A stretch of 64,000 bases of DNA from Chiloscyllium plagiosum (taxonomy: Eukaryota), in the NCBI RefSeq assembly GCF_004010195.1, contig NC_057718.1:101156629-101220628 (forward strand). Direction: 5' to 3'. Made by a program: the position numbers and the translations under genes. Positions 11,530 through 23,390 of the stretch are shown piece by piece. Under the pieces are notes generated by a model. The model worked only from the letters and a program-made list of their open reading frames with translations. It did not search any database and had not been told where the DNA came from. The stretch's first letter is position 1. Every line of letters begins with the position of its first letter.

Positions 11530-13492
11530 TGGATTCAAGATGGCGGCAGAGTAGCAGCGCACTGGACAGGTTCCTTAGCCCGGAGCTCATCCACTCCATT
11601 CGCTGCTTTTTTTCTTTCTTTGCCTTTTTTAATGTCTCCAGTGATCATCAAAATTAATCTTTTCACGGCTTCAGCAGAAGGCTTCTCCTGCCCCAGCGAC
11701 CAGGTGGCTTCCAGTGGCCCAGTGTGGTAGTCTTGTCCCGGTGTGGTGCTCTAGTCCTGGTGTGGTGGTCTTGTCCCAGTGCGGTAGTCTTGTCCCGGTG
11801 TGGTGCTCTTGTCCTGGTGTGGTGGTCTTGTCCTGGTGTGGTGGTCTTGTCCCGGTGTGGTGGTCTTGTCCCGGTGTGGTGGTCTTGTCCCGGTGCGGTG
11901 CTCTTGTCCCGGTGTGGTGGTCTTGTCCCGGTGTGGTGGTCTTGTCCCGGTGTGGTGCTCTTGTCCCGGTGTGGTGGTNNNNNNNNNNNNNNNNNNNNNN
12001 NNNNNNNNNNNNNNNNNNNNNNNNNNNNNNNNNNNNNNNNNNNNNNNNNNNNNNNNNNNNNNNNNNNNNNNNNNNNNNNNNNNNNNNNNNNNNNNNNNNN
12101 NNNNNNNNNNNNNNNNNNNNNNNNNNNNNNNNNNNNNNNNNNNNNNNNNNNNNNNNNNNNNNNNNNNNNNNNNNNNNNNNNNNNNNNNNNNNNNNNNNNN
12201 NNNNNNNNNNNNNNNNNNNNNNNNNNNNNNNNNNNNNNNNNNNNNNNNNNNNNNNNNNNNNNNNNNNNNNNNNNNNNNNNNNNNNNNNNNNNNNNNNNNN
12301 NNNNNNNNNNNNNNNNNNNNNNNNNNNNNNNNNNNNNNNNNNNNNNNNNNNNNNNNNNNNNNNNNNNNNNNNNNNNNNNNNNNNNNNNNNNNNNNNNNNN
12401 NNNNNNNNNNNNNNNNNNNNNNNNNNNNNNNNNNNNNNNNNNNNNNNNNNNNNNNNNNNNNNNNNNNNNNNNNNNNNNNNNNNNNNNNNNNNNNNNNNNN
12501 NNNNNNNNNNNNNNNNNNNNNNNNNNNNNNNNNNNNNNNNNNNNNNNNNNNNNNNNNNNNNNNNNNNNNNNNNNNNNNNNNNNNNNNNNNNNNNNNNNNN
12601 NNNNNNNNNNNNNNNNNNNNNNNNNNNNNNNNNNNNNNNNNNNNNNNNNNNNNNNNNNNNNNNNNNNNNNNNNNNNNNNNNNNNNNNNNNNNNNNNNNNN
12701 NNNNNNNNNNNNNNNNNNNNNNNNNNNNNNNNTCCCGGTGCGGTGCTCTTGTCCCGGTGCGGTGCTCTTGTCCCGGTGCGGTGGTCTTGTCCTGGTGTGG
12801 TGCTCTTGTCCCGGTGTGGTGCTCTTGTCCCGGTGTGGAGGTCTTGTCCCGGTGTGGAGGCCTTGTCCCGGTGTGGAGGCCTTGTCCCGGTGTGGTGGTC
12901 TTGTCCCGGTGTGGTGCTCTTGTCCCAGTGCGGTGGTCTTGTCCCGGTGCGGTGCTCTTGTCCCGGTGCGGTGGTCTTGTCCTGGTGCGGTGGTCTTGTC
13001 CTGGTGTGGTGCTCTTGTCCCGGTGTGGAGGTCTTGAACCGGTGTGGTTGTTTTGTTCCGGTGTGGTGCTTTTATCCCTATTGTGGTGGTCTCGTCCTGA
13101 TGTGGAGGTCTCAACCCTTTGTGGAGGTCTTCTTCGCTTTTGGCTTCCAGTTATTCCAGCAGCCCAGCAGGTGATCTTGACCAGGAGTGGCGGTCTCAGC
13201 CTGGCATGGCTGCCTACTTCAGTGGAGGCTTCTGGCCTAGGATTCCGGCAATCCGTCTTGTCCTGGCTGCATTTTCCAGGTATTGCGTTGTTCCTTAAAG
13301 TGCTTTCCCCAAGCCCAGGGGCCAATGACTGATCTGTGATGAACTTTGTCTTAATTTTACTTTTTTTAGTTATCATGTATGACTTCTGTCATTAATATAG
13401 GCGCTGTGGTGTGGCGATTTAAAACTTTTCAGTATTTTTCATGGAGGAATACACATGATAATAAATCTCTATTCTGTTTCTATTCTATTCTA
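11530..13492 (+). mobile_element. putative non-autonomous retroelement with Rex/Babar-like tail, containing a minisatellite
   Basis: CAAGATGGCGG head at ~11537; tail AAAACTTTTCA...GATAATAAATC followed by (ATTCT)n. Confidence 0.45.
11718..13130. repeat. 19-bp GC-rich minisatellite (TCTTGTCCCGGTGTGGTGG) spanning N gap 11979-12731
   Basis: Direct tandem units on both sides of the gap; 19-aa periodicity in translated ORFs; degenerates toward 13130. Confidence 0.95.
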
Positions 13493-13569
13493 AATATTAA
13501 CTGGGCAGCAACAAAGCGGTTTACTGGATGGGAGCCATGACTGCATGTTTCTCCACTTGAACCACTAAT

Positions 13570-13975
13570 CCTAGTTTCTTGCTTGCTCCCATCTTCTTAC
13601 ATTACCATTTGAAAATTCACAGCGTTGCAAAATCCTTCTCCCGACCTGTGGAATCTCCTTCAGCCTCACATCCCTTTGGTTTCCCTGCCCTTCCTAATCT
13701 GGCTTCATGCATATTCCAGACTTTAATTACTCCAGCAGTGATGGCCATGCCCTCAATTACCCCATCGCTCTGAATTCCCTTCTTAAACCACGTTGTCTTT
13801 ATCATCCTTCTCTTAGACCCTCCTTATAATCTGACTTCTTAACCAAGCTGTTGGTCATCAGTCCTTGTATCTCCTTATATGACTTAGTGTCAAGTTGTGT
13901 TGCTTAATACTCCAGTGAAGCTCTTTTCGACTTTATATATTGTTAAAGAAGCAAAATATATATGCAAGTTGTTAT
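13570..13975 (+). mobile_element. L2-type LINE 3' end
   Basis: TTAACCAAGCTGTTGGTCATC...ATATATGCAAGTTGTT tail. Confidence 0.6.
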
Positions 13976-14187
13976 TTTTCCAAGAATTTGCCAAATGCGC
14001 TTTTTAAAATGAGTCATGGACTGGATTTGAACAATTGTTTATCTTCAATAATGTCAGACTGTAGCCCATCGTTATGCAAAACCAATCTCTCCACCCTCCT
14101 GTTTATTTCAAATCCATCTTGTTCTTGAGCTGTATTAAGACTTTCGATAATTGTGAAGGCCTCAATCGTGTTGTACCTCAAACCTTC

Positions 14188-14322
14188 CTGTGGAAGAGTC
14201 ACACCAGACTCAAAATGTTAAGGCTGTTTCTCTCTCCACTGATACAGCCAGAACTGCTGTGTTTCTCCAGTATTCTCAGTGTTTATTTCAGATTTCCAGC
14301 ATCCACAGTATTTTGCTTTTAT
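14188..14322 (+). mobile_element. single-arm pLTR-type insert (family D), decayed hammerhead
   Basis: CTGTGGAAGAGTCACACCAGACTCAAAATGTT...CCAGCATCCACAGT; related to 46638-46860. Confidence 0.6.
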
Positions 14323-15289
14323 CCATGTGACCGCATTCCTCGTCTCCTACTGAAATACCCGGTGTTAAGCTTTATCAAACCACCGTCCCAGCCAGCCTTC
14401 CAGTTGCCTCTTGTTTCCTCAGTAGCACATGCTGAGCTTCCAATTAAAACAAAAGTGGTGACTCCAGCACAAAATGATGGCACCGTTTCCCATTGTAAGT
14501 TGGAGTTAAGGTGATGTGGCATCGCGTGCTTGGAACGATCCTATTATCGTGACGTTTGAGCACAGATTTTAAACTAACAGTACACAAGCAGGAATGTAAA
14601 TATCGTGCGTCGGTGGTGTCAGTTTGAGGCACAAAATTGTCCCTACTACACCACACCGGAACAAACTTTCTGGTTGTGAGTACGGCAGATCACTGTGATT
14701 TCATCCTGATTGTCTGGATGTAGCAATGAAGATCCTGAAACCTGTGCTCCGATCTGAGAAAACGATGGGGATTTTAGAGAGAAAAACTTCCATTGTCTTG
14801 GCATGTGACTTGTGAATATTGTCAAATGTGAGATTTGGGCTTTTCAGTTTTTTTCTGTTGCTGAGTGAGTTCAGGCTGTGCACCAAATGAGATGGTTGTA
14901 ATTGATAGTCAAGATGTGTCGAGTGATTATACTGCTTTGTTTTGAAGCAGTGGTGATTCTGTTTGATTCACCAAAGATTTAAATCCCTATAAGGAGTGAA
15001 ATCTCATGGATGTCATCTGTGCCGCTGTTGTTTTTCACTGCATTGACTATGTGTGGAAATTGATCTATCAATGATTATCTCTTTTTGTGTAAAAGTGCCA
15101 AGTATTAAGATGCCAAATCTAAAATAAATGGCCTTCATCACAGTAACAGCGCTTCCCTCCCACCTTGACATGACAGATTGTACTGGATGCTTTTGTTGGC
15201 GCATGTGTTCCAAGGATTTGACAGCTCAGACCCTTCTGGAAACGGGGATTCACTGCTTCAGGACTTACAGTGAGCAGTGCTTGACCATA

Positions 15290-15970
15290 AAAACATGAGT
15301 ATAAATAATAGGAACAGGAGTTAGGCACCTCAACCTCTTCCACCCTTCAATAGGATCATGGTTGATCCAACATTCTTAGAACGATAGAAACCCTACAGTG
15401 TGGAAGCAGGCCATTTGGCCTATCAAGTCCATACTGACCCTCCAAAGAGCATCCCAACCAGATCTGCCCCAACCTTGCATTTCTCATGGCCAATCCACCT
15501 AACCTGCACATCTTCAGACTGTGGGAGGAAACTGGAGCACCTGGAGGAAACCCAAGCAGACACAGGGAGAATGTGCAAACTCCACATAGACAATTGCCCG
15601 AGGCTGGAATCGAACCCGGGTCCCTGGCGCTGTGAGACAGCAGTGCTAACCACTGAGCCATTGTGCTGCCATTCCTCATGTCCACTTTCCTGCCCCTTCT
15701 TCATAACCCCCCGACTGATCAAGAATCTATCTCAGCCTTAAATATACACAAGGACTCTGTCCCCATGTCTCTCTGTGCACAAAGGGTTGCAAAGATCTAC
15801 AACCCTCTCAGAGAAGTAATTTCTCCCCATCTCAGTCTTAAATTGCCCTTTTATTCTGAGATTATCCCCTCTGGTCCTGGACTGTCCCATGAGGGGAAAC
15901 ATTCTCTCAGCGTTTACCCTGTCAAGCCCCTCTAAGTTTCAATGACATAATCTCTCATTCTTCTAAACGC
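15290..15970 (-). mobile_element. CR1 3' end interrupted by HE1 SINE
   Basis: Reverse complement of the 7600-8037 family; HE1 inserted at 15378-15670. Confidence 0.75.
15378..15670 (-). mobile_element. HE1-type V-SINE
   Basis: Full head GGCAGCACAATGGCTCAGTGGTTAGCACTGCTG, V-domain and tail. Confidence 0.9.
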
Positions 15971-16374
15971 CATTGAGATCATGGCGCTACTGCTTCTAGT
16001 CTTCGAAGCAATAAACATTGTGTGGTCACGTCCTTGGATCAGGCAGCTTTTGTTTTGGTAACTATCTTTGCACTGTTGGTGCTAATTAATCTGGTAAAAT
16101 GTCTGTCAAAGGACTTTTCCCACTAATTGTGCAATTGTCATGCTGGATTTTCAAATTCTAATCGCCACCTAGTAATTCTGGGTGCCAACAGTTGACAAAC
16201 TGGCTCTATTTGTGGTATTTAAATGGGTCGTCGATGGATTTCAGGTCTGGTTCGACCTTATTCCAACTGAGTTAGGAGAGGTGAACTGATTCTTGCCCTT
16301 GTCCCATTCCACTAGTCAAACCAAAGTTTAGGTTTAAAAAGAGAGGTGCCATCAGCAATTCTCAGAATGCTCAG

Positions 16375-16730
16375 TGTCAGGAAAAAAGTTGTCCAGGTTC
16401 CTTAAGTAACAGCTAAAGAACAATTTATTGCAAACAATACTTACTCAAGCAACTCTGTACAAATTAGTAATGAAAGGTCTGAACAGTGTAAATATATTCA
16501 ACTAGCCTTCTTGTAAACTAAAGTGTTCAGACACACACACACACACACCTCTTCAAATCTTCCTCTTCAAGATTTAAATAAAAGAAAACTCTGCAGTGTT
16601 ATCTTAGAAGTTCTTTGCCAAGTGATCATTAAAATCAGAAAAAATGAAGCTTCCCAGATAATCCAATGTCAGTCTGTTGCCAATGTCACTTTACATATAA
16701 GGTAACGACACCAGGATATCTTCTTGGATT
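16375..16730. mobile_element. possible LTR remnant
   Basis: Starts TGTCAG; AATAAA on minus strand; resembles 54838-55451 in composition; no TSD found. Confidence 0.3.
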
Positions 16731-16794
16731 GGTTCTGTTTGGCTTATCTCTTTATCTGAAGACAGATCTATTTTCAGCATTGCTTCGCCTGAGG

Positions 16795-16836
16795 TCCACT
16801 GAAGATGTTACCAGGTAAGGTAACGAAACGTCTGGA
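16795..16836 (+). ncRNA. minimal type-I hammerhead ribozyme motif (family H)
   Basis: TCCA-CTGAAGA-T-GTTACC-AGGTAA-GGTAAC-GAAA-CGTC-TGGA; perfect 4-bp stem I and 6-bp stem II. Confidence 0.8.
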
Positions 16837-16997
16837 AATGACCCTTTTAGCTCAGCGAGCAAACCTACATCCATGGATCTGTCAATTGGGGATTCTTGGG
16901 CTGTTGCAATGTAGCCTTCTCCATTTCCGATCCTCCTTTTAGGATGGTGAGTTTTATGCAGAAAGTCTCTGAATCTCAAATAGCTACTTTTCCTTTT

Positions 16998-17123
16998 GCT
17001 ATAAATTCTGAGAGTTACAATTGTATCCCCCACAACCACCTGATGAAGGAGGGGCGCTCCGAAAGCTCGTGCTTCCAATTAAACCTGTTGGACTATAACC
17101 TAGTGTTGTGTGATTTTTAACTT
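16998..17123 (+). mobile_element. single-arm family B insert with hammerhead at 17037-17071
   Basis: CAC-CTGATGA-A-GGAG..CTCC-GAAA-GCTC-GTG followed by CTGTTGGACTATAACCT. Confidence 0.8.
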
Positions 17124-17689
17124 TTCTAAGGCAGGTTATCTAGTCTGCTACTGCTCTTGTTTGCCATATCCTTATGTTCCTCTCTCATACAAATCCAAAA
17201 TCTTTTATATGTACAAATTGGGTCGGGTGGCCTTTCCCTGAATGTGTTGCTGGCTTGGTGTCTCCAGTAAAGCAACTTACGTTCTTTGCATTGTCCCCTA
17301 CTGTAGGCATTCTCCTTTCTTTGCAATGCAGTCCATCCAAAATGGTCAACATATAAACGTTTGGCCAGTCAATAATTAATATTTTGGATAACATTGTTGT
17401 AAGACTTTTTTTTGGGTTGCAAGTGGTCCTGTAGAACCCTTGGCAATTGCAGCTGCTCTGTCAGTGTTGCCAAAGCCAAGAGATTTTCAACTGTGTCTTC
17501 TGTGCAGGATATTTAGTTGGGAGTGAGTAAAAGTGGACTATTTCCTAGCACTGCCCTTGGGAAGGGGAAGGAACCAGCAGCAGCTGGTTGCAAAGGACAA
17601 AAGAGGTGAGGGTATAGGATGCCTTATTGTGGGTCTTCCACAAGGGAAGGTCCAGCCACAGTCTGTGGTTACTGGCCCTCTGCCACCAG

Positions 17690-17950
17690 GGAGTCTCTGC
17701 ACCAAATGCTGCTGTTGTACTGTCAGCATCAGGTCCAACACACCATCACTGCCTGTGGTATAAAGGTCCGTGTGGCCCTCTATTTCTTGGTCTCCAGGTC
17801 ATCCAGGCTTCACCGAGTGACAGTCAGTTTTGTCTGTACTGCTGCTGTCCAACAAGCCCATTTCCAGCTGCGTTACCAGTTCGTCACCTTTCTGACGGAT
17901 GTGACTGACAAGGAGAGCACTCTGAGCTTTGACCACAGTCACAGCCCGTC
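17690..17950 (+). mobile_element. PIF/Harbinger transposase remnant
   Basis: Frameshifted SLPVV / KVRVALYFLVSRSS...QFVTF resembles the Harbinger LPV.VKV..AL.F.ATGS...FI.F segment. Confidence 0.4.
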
Positions 17951-18029
17951 TTTGTAACCTCATACGGTACAAAGTGCATCACAATAGAGTGCACAGTGGA
18001 AGCAAATCACTGCAGCTGCTGGTGGAAAC

Positions 18030-18165
18030 AGCACTGAAAACAAAAAGTGCTGGAGGTCACACCAGGCCAGGCAGCATCAGAATCATCTAGACTCGAAAAG
18101 TTGGCTTGGTTCCTCTCCACGGATGCTGCCTCATCCACTGTGATCTCCAGGTTTTTTTGCTTTCA
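18030..18165. mobile_element. degenerate family D palindrome
   Basis: CTGAAAACAAAAAGTGCTGGAGGTCAC...GACTCGAAAAGTT...GTGATCTCCAGG. Confidence 0.6.
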
Positions 18166-18273
18166 GAGTGCAGAATACAGTGTTACAGCCGTAGAGAAGG
18201 TGCAGAGAGAGAGCAACATTGATGTTTGAGAGTCCGTTCAAAAGTCTGATAACAGCACATGAGATGATTAGTG

Positions 18274-18349
18274 CTTAAAAATGTGTTGCTGGAAAAGCGC
18301 AGCAGGTCAGGCAGCATCCAAGAAGAAGGAGAATCAACGTTTCGGGCAT
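18274..18349 (-). mobile_element. truncated family A arm
   Basis: AAAATGTGTTGCTGGAAAAGCGCAGCAGG...ACGTTTCGGGCAT; short TSD ATTAGTG. Confidence 0.75.
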
Positions 18350-19019
18350 ATTAGTGGCCACTAGTTCAGTATGTACAGCTGCCAACTAAAGTACAGGAAG
18401 ATCCCACACACAATCAACAGACTGATGTGCTTTCGGTTTCCCTGATGCACTTTGTAGGGTACGATCTACCTGTAGAGCACACAAAACAATACTTCTCACT
18501 GTGTCTCGGTACAATAGTAAATCAAGAAGTGTATCTGAGAATGCAAAGTGTGAAACATGTCTTAAGGTACGATAAATCCAAGTCTTCATTTGTTGTTGAA
18601 CATTTTACTAGAACTCAGTTCATAAGCTTAAGAATTTTAAAAGTGTCCAATGTTTTGCCTTCTGCTATCCTGGTTAAACATTTATACTCAGCTTATCTGC
18701 CCCTCTGAGCTCAGGTTGCTATTTTGTGGTGTCAGTGAAGGTCACAATACACTAGAATCTGATATCACAAACAGTGCAGTGATCGCTGGTTTTGACGTTG
18801 CTGTTGTAGAAAGCCAGGTGTCTTTGGAACCTCCATTTCCACGGTCTCTGCCTTAATATAACACAGTCGCCCATTGTGTAAGGGTTGCACTTTAATTAAA
18901 TCATTGTTTGAACGGCCACAAATTTAGAAAAAGGAAACAGTGTTTTCAGAAGGTATTTACAAAGTGTGACTGCAGTATATGGCACCACATAGGGTAATTT
19001 TGAAATCAGTTCTTTCTCG

Positions 19020-19680
19020 CTCTGTAAAATAACCACACAGAGGTCGGTCAGTCACCCTTTATTTCATTGTGCACAATACACTGGCTGTGACCAATCATTT
19101 TGGAGTCAGTTCCTAAAGTCAGGAGCCTCCTGTTTTTTATTCTTTTTTTTTTCTTGTCTTTTCAAAAATTTTCCTCCACACTACCGCCTGACAGCGGTAG
19201 TGCTTATTTTTCCCTCGCACCCATATTGTGTGTGCAGATGTCGGACACAGTGAAAAACAGCAAGTGTGTAGATTCTCCTGTTTATTTTTCTTTTACAGAT
19301 GCCAGTATATTCTCCTGTTTATTTTATTTTTTTTATTTTATTAAACAAATTACAAAAACAGTTTACAACAAACAGTTACATTTACAGCTACATACAAGAG
19401 ACAGCAATTTTACAAGGGAGAGGAGCAGCAAAGCCAGGCCCCAAACCCTACCATTCAAACAGTTTACAGGGACATGAGGACAAACCTCAAATCCCAGTTT
19501 CACAAAGATATAAGGAGACAACAGCAGTGAGAGTTGTACATTAGACAGTACTGCTACATACAAAAGTGCAGACAATACATTCTCCTGTTTATATGTGTCA
19601 GCCAGGGCGCCTTGATTGGCTGAGATGAACAACCCCGATCAACGGTCAATAAGGACCACCTGGTTCCAATCACTATTCAC
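19020..19680 (-). mobile_element. LTR-like element hosting three stacked poly(A)-tailed insertions
   Basis: Minus strand has a CCAATCA box, then TATAAACAGGAG, then AATAAA; motif CTCCTGTTT occurs four times, three followed by T-tracts. Confidence 0.5.
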
Positions 19681-19739
19681 TGCTTTTCAGATTCTTTTTG
19701 GACTGCCTTTTGATGTTTGCAGGAATTGCAGTAATGGCT

Positions 19740-20150
19740 GCTGCATGTATATAATGCCACAGAATGTCTTGAGGCACTTAACAGGAGTAAAAACTCAATC
19801 CCAGTTCAACATCAGAGCACATATAAAGGAGGTGACCAAAAGCCTTTTGTTACAGAGGTACGTTCTAAGGGTCATCCTCGAGGAGGAAAGAGAGGTTTAG
19901 GGAGGAGAATTCTCGAAATTGGGACCTCGACAGCTGAAGGCACGTCTGTCTTTGGTGAAGCGAGGAACAATCAAAGTTGACGAGCAAGCTAAAATTGGAG
20001 GAGTTCACAGATCTCCGGAGGGCTGGTAACGAATGCCCACCCCTAGTTGCCCTTGAGAAGGTGTTGATGAGCTACCTTCTTAAATCACTACAGTCCATGG
20101 GGAGGGAGGAGCTTGGAGGAGATCTGGAAATGATAATAAGGAGTTCATCA
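19740..20150 (-). mobile_element. L2-type LINE fragment
   Basis: GGTGACCAAAAG...GAAAGAGAGGTTTAGGGAGGAGAATTC...CAGCTGAAGGCACG. Confidence 0.55.
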
Positions 20151-20184
20151 TTTGTTGAAGCATTTTGTGAAAAAAAAATCAGCT

Positions 20185-20485
20185 TCTGGAATCCTTACAG
20201 CATGGAAGCAGGTCATTCAGCCCATACTGACCCTCCAAAGATCATCCCATCCAGACCCATACTTTCCCTGCATTTCCCATGGCCAATTCACCTAACCTGC
20301 ACATCCCTGAACTCTGTGAGTAATTCAGCATGGCCACCCACCTAACCTGCACATTTTTGGATTGTGGGAGGAAACCCACCTAGACACAGGGAGAATGTGC
20401 AAACTCTACACAGACAGTTGCCTAAGGGTGGGATCGAACCCGAGTCCCTGCCGCTGTGAGGCAGCAGTGCTAACCACTGGGCCAT
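20185..20485 (-). mobile_element. HE1-type V-SINE
   Basis: Same head, V-domain and tail as 15378-15670. Confidence 0.85.
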
Positions 20486-21574
20486 CATCTCACCTGTTCC
20501 ATGGTCATACTCCTCCTGTAAGTCAAGAACATTCTTGGTTTGGGCTGATATTCTGGTGTAATATGATAGGATCGTTTCTTTATGGAAGGTCCTGTCTTTT
20601 GGAAGGTGCATTAAACTCAGGCCCTTTTTGTGGTTATGAGGGTTGCACGCACTATCAGAAGAGCAGCAGCAAGTTCTCCTGCTCATTTTTCCAAATGTTT
20701 CCTCGTTAACCAAGTTCATAGAAAATAGATTAAACTTAACATTAATTTGTGGGATTAGTCTGAACATTAGGTGGGAGTAGATTGATTTAAAAATTATAGC
20801 CTGCTGTATATTTACCTGATCCTACAACATATATACTACAGTGTATAATTTTCAATTATCAAAAGCATTTACTCTTAAAATGGCCTCAAATGGAGGTTAA
20901 GACAATTGTATATTTCAAAACCTTTTTGTTTTCTTAATTGCATCATCAAATTTGGTAAATAAAAATTGCCAGCTTTTGTAAGCAAATTAGAAATGTTGGA
21001 CTGGACATAGACGAGTTATAGCACAAGTCTGAAGTCTTAAGATTCTAAGGTGTACAAATAATCTGAATTCATGTAAAAGCATTGAACAGAAAATGAAGAT
21101 TTGAACTTATCCTCAGACAGCTTTCTCAAACATTTCACAGTTTGTCACAGCAAGATATTTTGGGTAAAATAAAGAACAGCGATAGCCTCTTTTAGTTTAG
21201 AAAAAGTGTATAAACTGCAAATGAAAGCTAACAGGACTTTCAGACAGTGTTTTTAACATTTCTTCATTAAATACCATGACCTTTCCTTGTTCTTCTCTTG
21301 CGACAGGTTTATTGCTTTTGGGTCAAGTTATGTTTTACTGCTTAGAATGGCTCAGGAAATTTTCCCATCCTACCAGACTCTCAAAGATTTTTTGCAATGC
21401 TGTAGGTTGAATGAAAGGGTAATAAAAAAATATTGTGCTAGTGCATGCGAGGAAAGAAAGAAATATTAGGTGAGCCAAAAACAACAAGTTCTGTTTAAAA
21501 ACAGAATATATTATGTTCAGACCATGTTGGTACCTTGGCATCACATCACTTTATGCCAAAATGACACGGATGGC

Positions 21575-22200
21575 TTTGATTTGATTTGATTTACACGTGC
21601 AGTCACACGTACCTAAGTACAGTGAAAAGATTTGTTTTGCAAACAGTACAGGCAGATTATAGCAAACAAGGGCAAACAAATCATAGAGTGCTCAGAGGCA
21701 TCTAAGTTACTCCACAGCAAGTGCACAAAGCAAGATCAATACGATTTGAAGTTTGATTAGATTCCTTATTGTGCGAAAATAGGCCCTTTGGCCCAACCAG
21801 TCCACACCGACCCTCCGAAGAGTAACCCATCCAGACCCATTTCCCTCTGACTAATGCACCTAACATTGTGGGCAATTTAGCATGGCCAATTCACCTGCAC
21901 ATCTTTGGACTGTGGGAGGAAACTGGAGCACCCGGAGGAAAGCCACGCAGACACGGGGAGAATGTGCAAACTCCACATAGACAATTGCCTGAGGCTGGGA
22001 TTGAACCTGGGACTCTGGTGCTGTGAGGCAGCAGTGCTAACTACTGAGCCACCGTGCCGCCTGGTGTTAGAGAGGTTCATTCAGCAGCCTAATAATGGCA
22101 GGGAAAAAACTGTTCTTGAATCTGTTGGTGTGTGTGTGTTCAAGCCTCTGTATCTTCTGTTATCGGAAGTGGTTGTAGGAGAGTATTACTGGGGTGGGTA
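21575..22200 (-). mobile_element. Rex1/Babar 3' end interrupted by HE1
   Basis: (TTTGA)n tail and AAAACTGTTCTTGAATCTGTTGG match 40615-40900. Confidence 0.7.
21753..22061 (-). mobile_element. HE1-type V-SINE, well preserved
   Basis: GGCGGCACGGTGGCTCAGTAGTTAGCACTGCTGCCTCACAGC...GGAATCTAATC. Confidence 0.92.
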
Positions 22201-22385
22201 CAAATTGTTGCGAATTCCAAGGCCAAAATACATGCCAAATGCCGAGAATGAACAATCAGGGTCAGCATGACTGCATAAAGGAGAAATCATGCTGGATAAA
22301 TTTGCTAGAATTCTTTGAGGAGGTAACAAGCAGGATAGATAATGGGGCTGCAGTGGATGTGATATATTTGGATTTTCAGAAGGCA
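22200..22385 (+). mobile_element. CR1 RT fragment
   Basis: KSCWINLLEFFEEVTSRIDNGAAVDVIYLDFQKA in ORF 22194..22400. Confidence 0.85.
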
Positions 22386-23059
22386 GGAGTTTTCAGCTGA
22401 TGTGTCTGTTGAAATTTTGTACAAAGATAATGAAAATCAATTTAAAACAAACATTGTTTCATCAGTGTTCTATTCAAGCAAAATTATAACCCTTAAAAAG
22501 TTGCAAAAATGAATCATCAAAAATTAAAAGCAAGTCTTTTGATTCTAGAACGGGAACATTCTAAATGCAGGTGGCCAAAGGGCAAAATTGAGATGACATG
22601 ATACTTCTTACTGCTATGCACCAGCAGGCAAATCTGCAAAAGACCCATCTCTGCATCCTCTCTGATTTCCGCCAGACAGCCAATCCTCAATCAATGCTAA
22701 TACCTTACCCCCTACACTATGAGCTCCGACTTTGCACAATAACCTTTGATGTGAAACCTTGTCAAAGGCTTTCTGGAAATACAAGTATCTGAACTCAAGA
22801 CCTGAGATGCAGAGTAGTCAGTAAACAATTCAATTGGGAATTCATGACAAACCACATTACTTTGTGATCCTTGAGAATGTGAAGTCACAACCACTAGAAA
22901 TGTTTAACGTGAATAATGTAGGTGCCTTTTGAGGACTGCTGGTTAATTACATCAGAGAGAAAGAGTGAAACTGAGAGGGTGAGACAAGTAAAAAATCAGG
23001 GAGTCCTGCATCAACCATAAGATTTAGTACAAAACTGTTGGCCAACTTTCATATTGTAA

Positions 23060-23190
23060 TAATTTGGAGATGCCGGTGTTGGACTCGGGTGGACAAAGTT
23101 AAAAATCACACAACACCAGGTTATAGTCCAACAGGTTTAATTGGAAGCACCCACTAGCTTTCGGAGCCATTTTTGTGTGATTTTTAACTT
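23060..23190. mobile_element. family B palindrome with deleted centre
   Basis: 12-bp TSD TTCATATTGTAA at 23048-23059 and 23189-23200. Confidence 0.8.
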
Positions 23191-23199
23191 CATATTGTA

Positions 23200-23390
23200 A
23201 AGTCACCATAATCCCATTGTACTATGCTCTCATTAGAGGGAGATGACTGGTGGTGGTTGAACCTGAAGGTCACCACACCTCAGGCAAGGTTGAGAAGGAC
23301 AGACTTTCATTCCTTCAGCCAGCATGGGAATCGATCCCACTCTGTTGGTGTCACAAACAAGCCATCCAGTCCACTGAACTAACTAACCCC
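23200..23390 (-). mobile_element. tRNA-derived SINE family E
   Basis: Head GGTTAGTTAGTTCAGTGGACTGGATGGC; core CTGAGGTGTGGTGACCTTCAGGTT; related copies at 25765, 40265, 42645 and 54640. Confidence 0.65.

Noticed and set aside
11663..13376. 437-541 aa ORFs on both strands
   Set aside because: They result from a stop-free 19-bp minisatellite plus an N gap.
16795..17071. Two same-strand hammerheads 236 nt apart as a retrozyme monomer
   Set aside because: They belong to different families with no direct repeat, and ACGU and AGCU cannot form a heterodimeric stem III; likely adjacent independent insertions.
21307..21469. Plus-strand exon (CAG acceptor, GTGAGC donor)
   Set aside because: All frames hit a stop with this donor, the alternative donor at 21419 is weak, and no protein was recognised.
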